A stretch of DNA of 62,342 nt, filler included, from Trypethelium eluteriae (lineage: Eukaryota), in the NCBI GenBank assembly GCA_051942245.1. It is 2 parts of 2 records of this genome, joined end to end, with 100 filler letters (N's around TTAATTAATTAA, not from the genome) between each part and the next. Parts side by side here need not be neighbours in the genome. Positions count along the whole stretch, not along the records: positions 31,251 to 62,342 come from JAVECL010000279.1; 1 more part is not named here. One strand, given 5' to 3'. Below the pieces are notes generated by a model, which worked only from the letters and a program-made list of their open reading frames with translations, did not search any database and had not been told where the DNA came from. Positions within the stretch are counted from its first letter, which is position 1; every line of letters starts with the position of its first letter. Below, one piece after another: positions 61,372 through 62,342 of this stretch. The position numbers and the translations under genes were made by a program.

Positions 61372-62342
61372 TTAACCAAAACCAGCGACCAGATCGAGAC
61401 AACCCTCCATCGTCCGTTCCAATTCCGAAACTCGTCCATTCAAACCTCTATTTTCTATCCTTAGCTCGGACACCAATGTCCATGCATTCGTCTGAGATCC
61501 ACCATTACAATTCGAACAGCTCGACACACTCGGACCGCTCAAACGGCGCTCCATGTAGTCTTCCAGATTCATTCCAGACTTCCGCTTCCCAGTTAGTCCT
61601 AGGCCTGCAGACCTCTGTCCCAATGAGGCCCTACTCGGAGGCCTTGTTGTCTTCGACCTATTGACTTCCCCAAACCCGGTAGTATCCACATCATCCGATT
61701 CCCATTCATTCAATGTCGATAACGGGGTGCCCACCATCGGAGATCCCACCTCATTCCCCGGCCGTGAAAACACGCTATCGACCATGCTTTCAGCATCTGC
61801 ATCACTCTCAAATCCCGAATCACACACACTTGTGCCATGACTAACGCCCTCTCGCCGGCTTCCCTCTCTCTCCCGCTCCATCTCCCGCTCCATCTCCCTT
61901 TCCCTCTCTACCGTCGCCTCAAATTGCTGACTTTTATCCCTCACCAACATGACGCTTCGCCTCCTTACCTCCTCCTCCTCCCTCCGCACCAGCCGCTCCC
62001 AAGCCAATTGCTCCGCCAGCTCTCGCATCGCCTCCTCCTGCTCCGCCACCCGCGCCGCCATGTCGTCGAGCTGCCGCTTGAGATGACGTGCTCGCGTCTC
62101 GGCCTCCTCGGCTTCATCGGTTTGGGCACTGACTTCGGCGCGGGCGAGCGCGGCGTCATTGCATTTCGTGCGATAACCGGACTGCAGGCGGGTAATGGTG
62201 GCAGTGGCGTTGTGGAGGAGCGCATTGTAAGAAGAGGGGTCGAGAGGATTGGTCGGGCCGTGGGGAAAGAGGGCGCTGGTTGGTGTAAGCGTGAGGAGGG
62301 TGTCGGTGTCGGTAGCGTCGGAGTTGGAAGTATTGGTGATGG
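61372..62342 (-). CDS. 3' part of a hypothetical coiled-coil protein (5' end beyond the window)
   Basis: Long open frame with E/R-rich heptads, an SDSGFES-like motif (CDSGFES), CSNC, and C-terminal LRIENRGLNGRVSELERTMEGCLDLV. Confidence 0.75.
   Translation of the reverse strand, partial: ITNTSNSDATDTDTLLTLTPTSALFPHGPTNPLDPSSYNALLHNATATITRLQSGYRTKCNDAALARAEVSAQTDEAEEAETRARHLKRQLDDMAARVAEQEEAMRELAEQLAWERLVRREEEEVRRRSVMLVRDKSQQFEATVEREREMEREMEREREGSRREGVSHGTSVCDSGFESDADAESMVDSVFSRPGNEVGSPMVGTPLSTLNEWESDDVDTTGFGEVNRSKTTRPPSRASLGQRSAGLGLTGKRKSGMNLEDYMERRLSGPSVSSCSNCNGGSQTNAWTLVSELRIENRGLNGRVSELERTMEGCLDLVAGFG

Overview
Intron-rich genomic DNA from a filamentous ascomycete (Pezizomycotina): GT-AG introns with CTRAY branch points and about 26 protein-coding genes. 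No rRNA, tRNA or CRISPR array is supported. Left arm, 0.4-16.7 kb: an accessory-looking metabolic block (SDR, three MFS transporters, a Baeyer-Villiger-type flavin monooxygenase, a class II aldolase/adducin-fold enzyme and a Zn2Cys6 transcription factor) with no PKS/NRPS backbone gene in view. It is followed by SSH4, UCH37, an NmrA-like reductase, PCNA (start codon split by an intron, MCB boxes upstream), two hypothetical genes, a second divergent class II aldolase and the 3' half of an AreB/ASD-4-type GATA factor. That gene is cut at 31151-31250 by an artificial 100-nt spacer (44N-TTAATTAATTAA-44N), so the two halves of the window may not be contiguous. Right arm: a Fot1/pogo transposon remnant with a RIP-like nonsense mutation and an intact right TIR plus TA; a secreted pre-pro-protein; two inverted copies of a 79-bp Tc1/mariner-type MITE; a housekeeping block (SEC61, SEC8, CAF1/POP2, NDUFB3, YOP1); then a fatty-acid-hydroxylase-family gene, an amidase, a copper amine oxidase, a PTH11-like membrane protein, a small secreted Cys protein and a partial coiled-coil gene. 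Exon boundaries were read by eye; family assignments rest on recognised motifs, not database searches.
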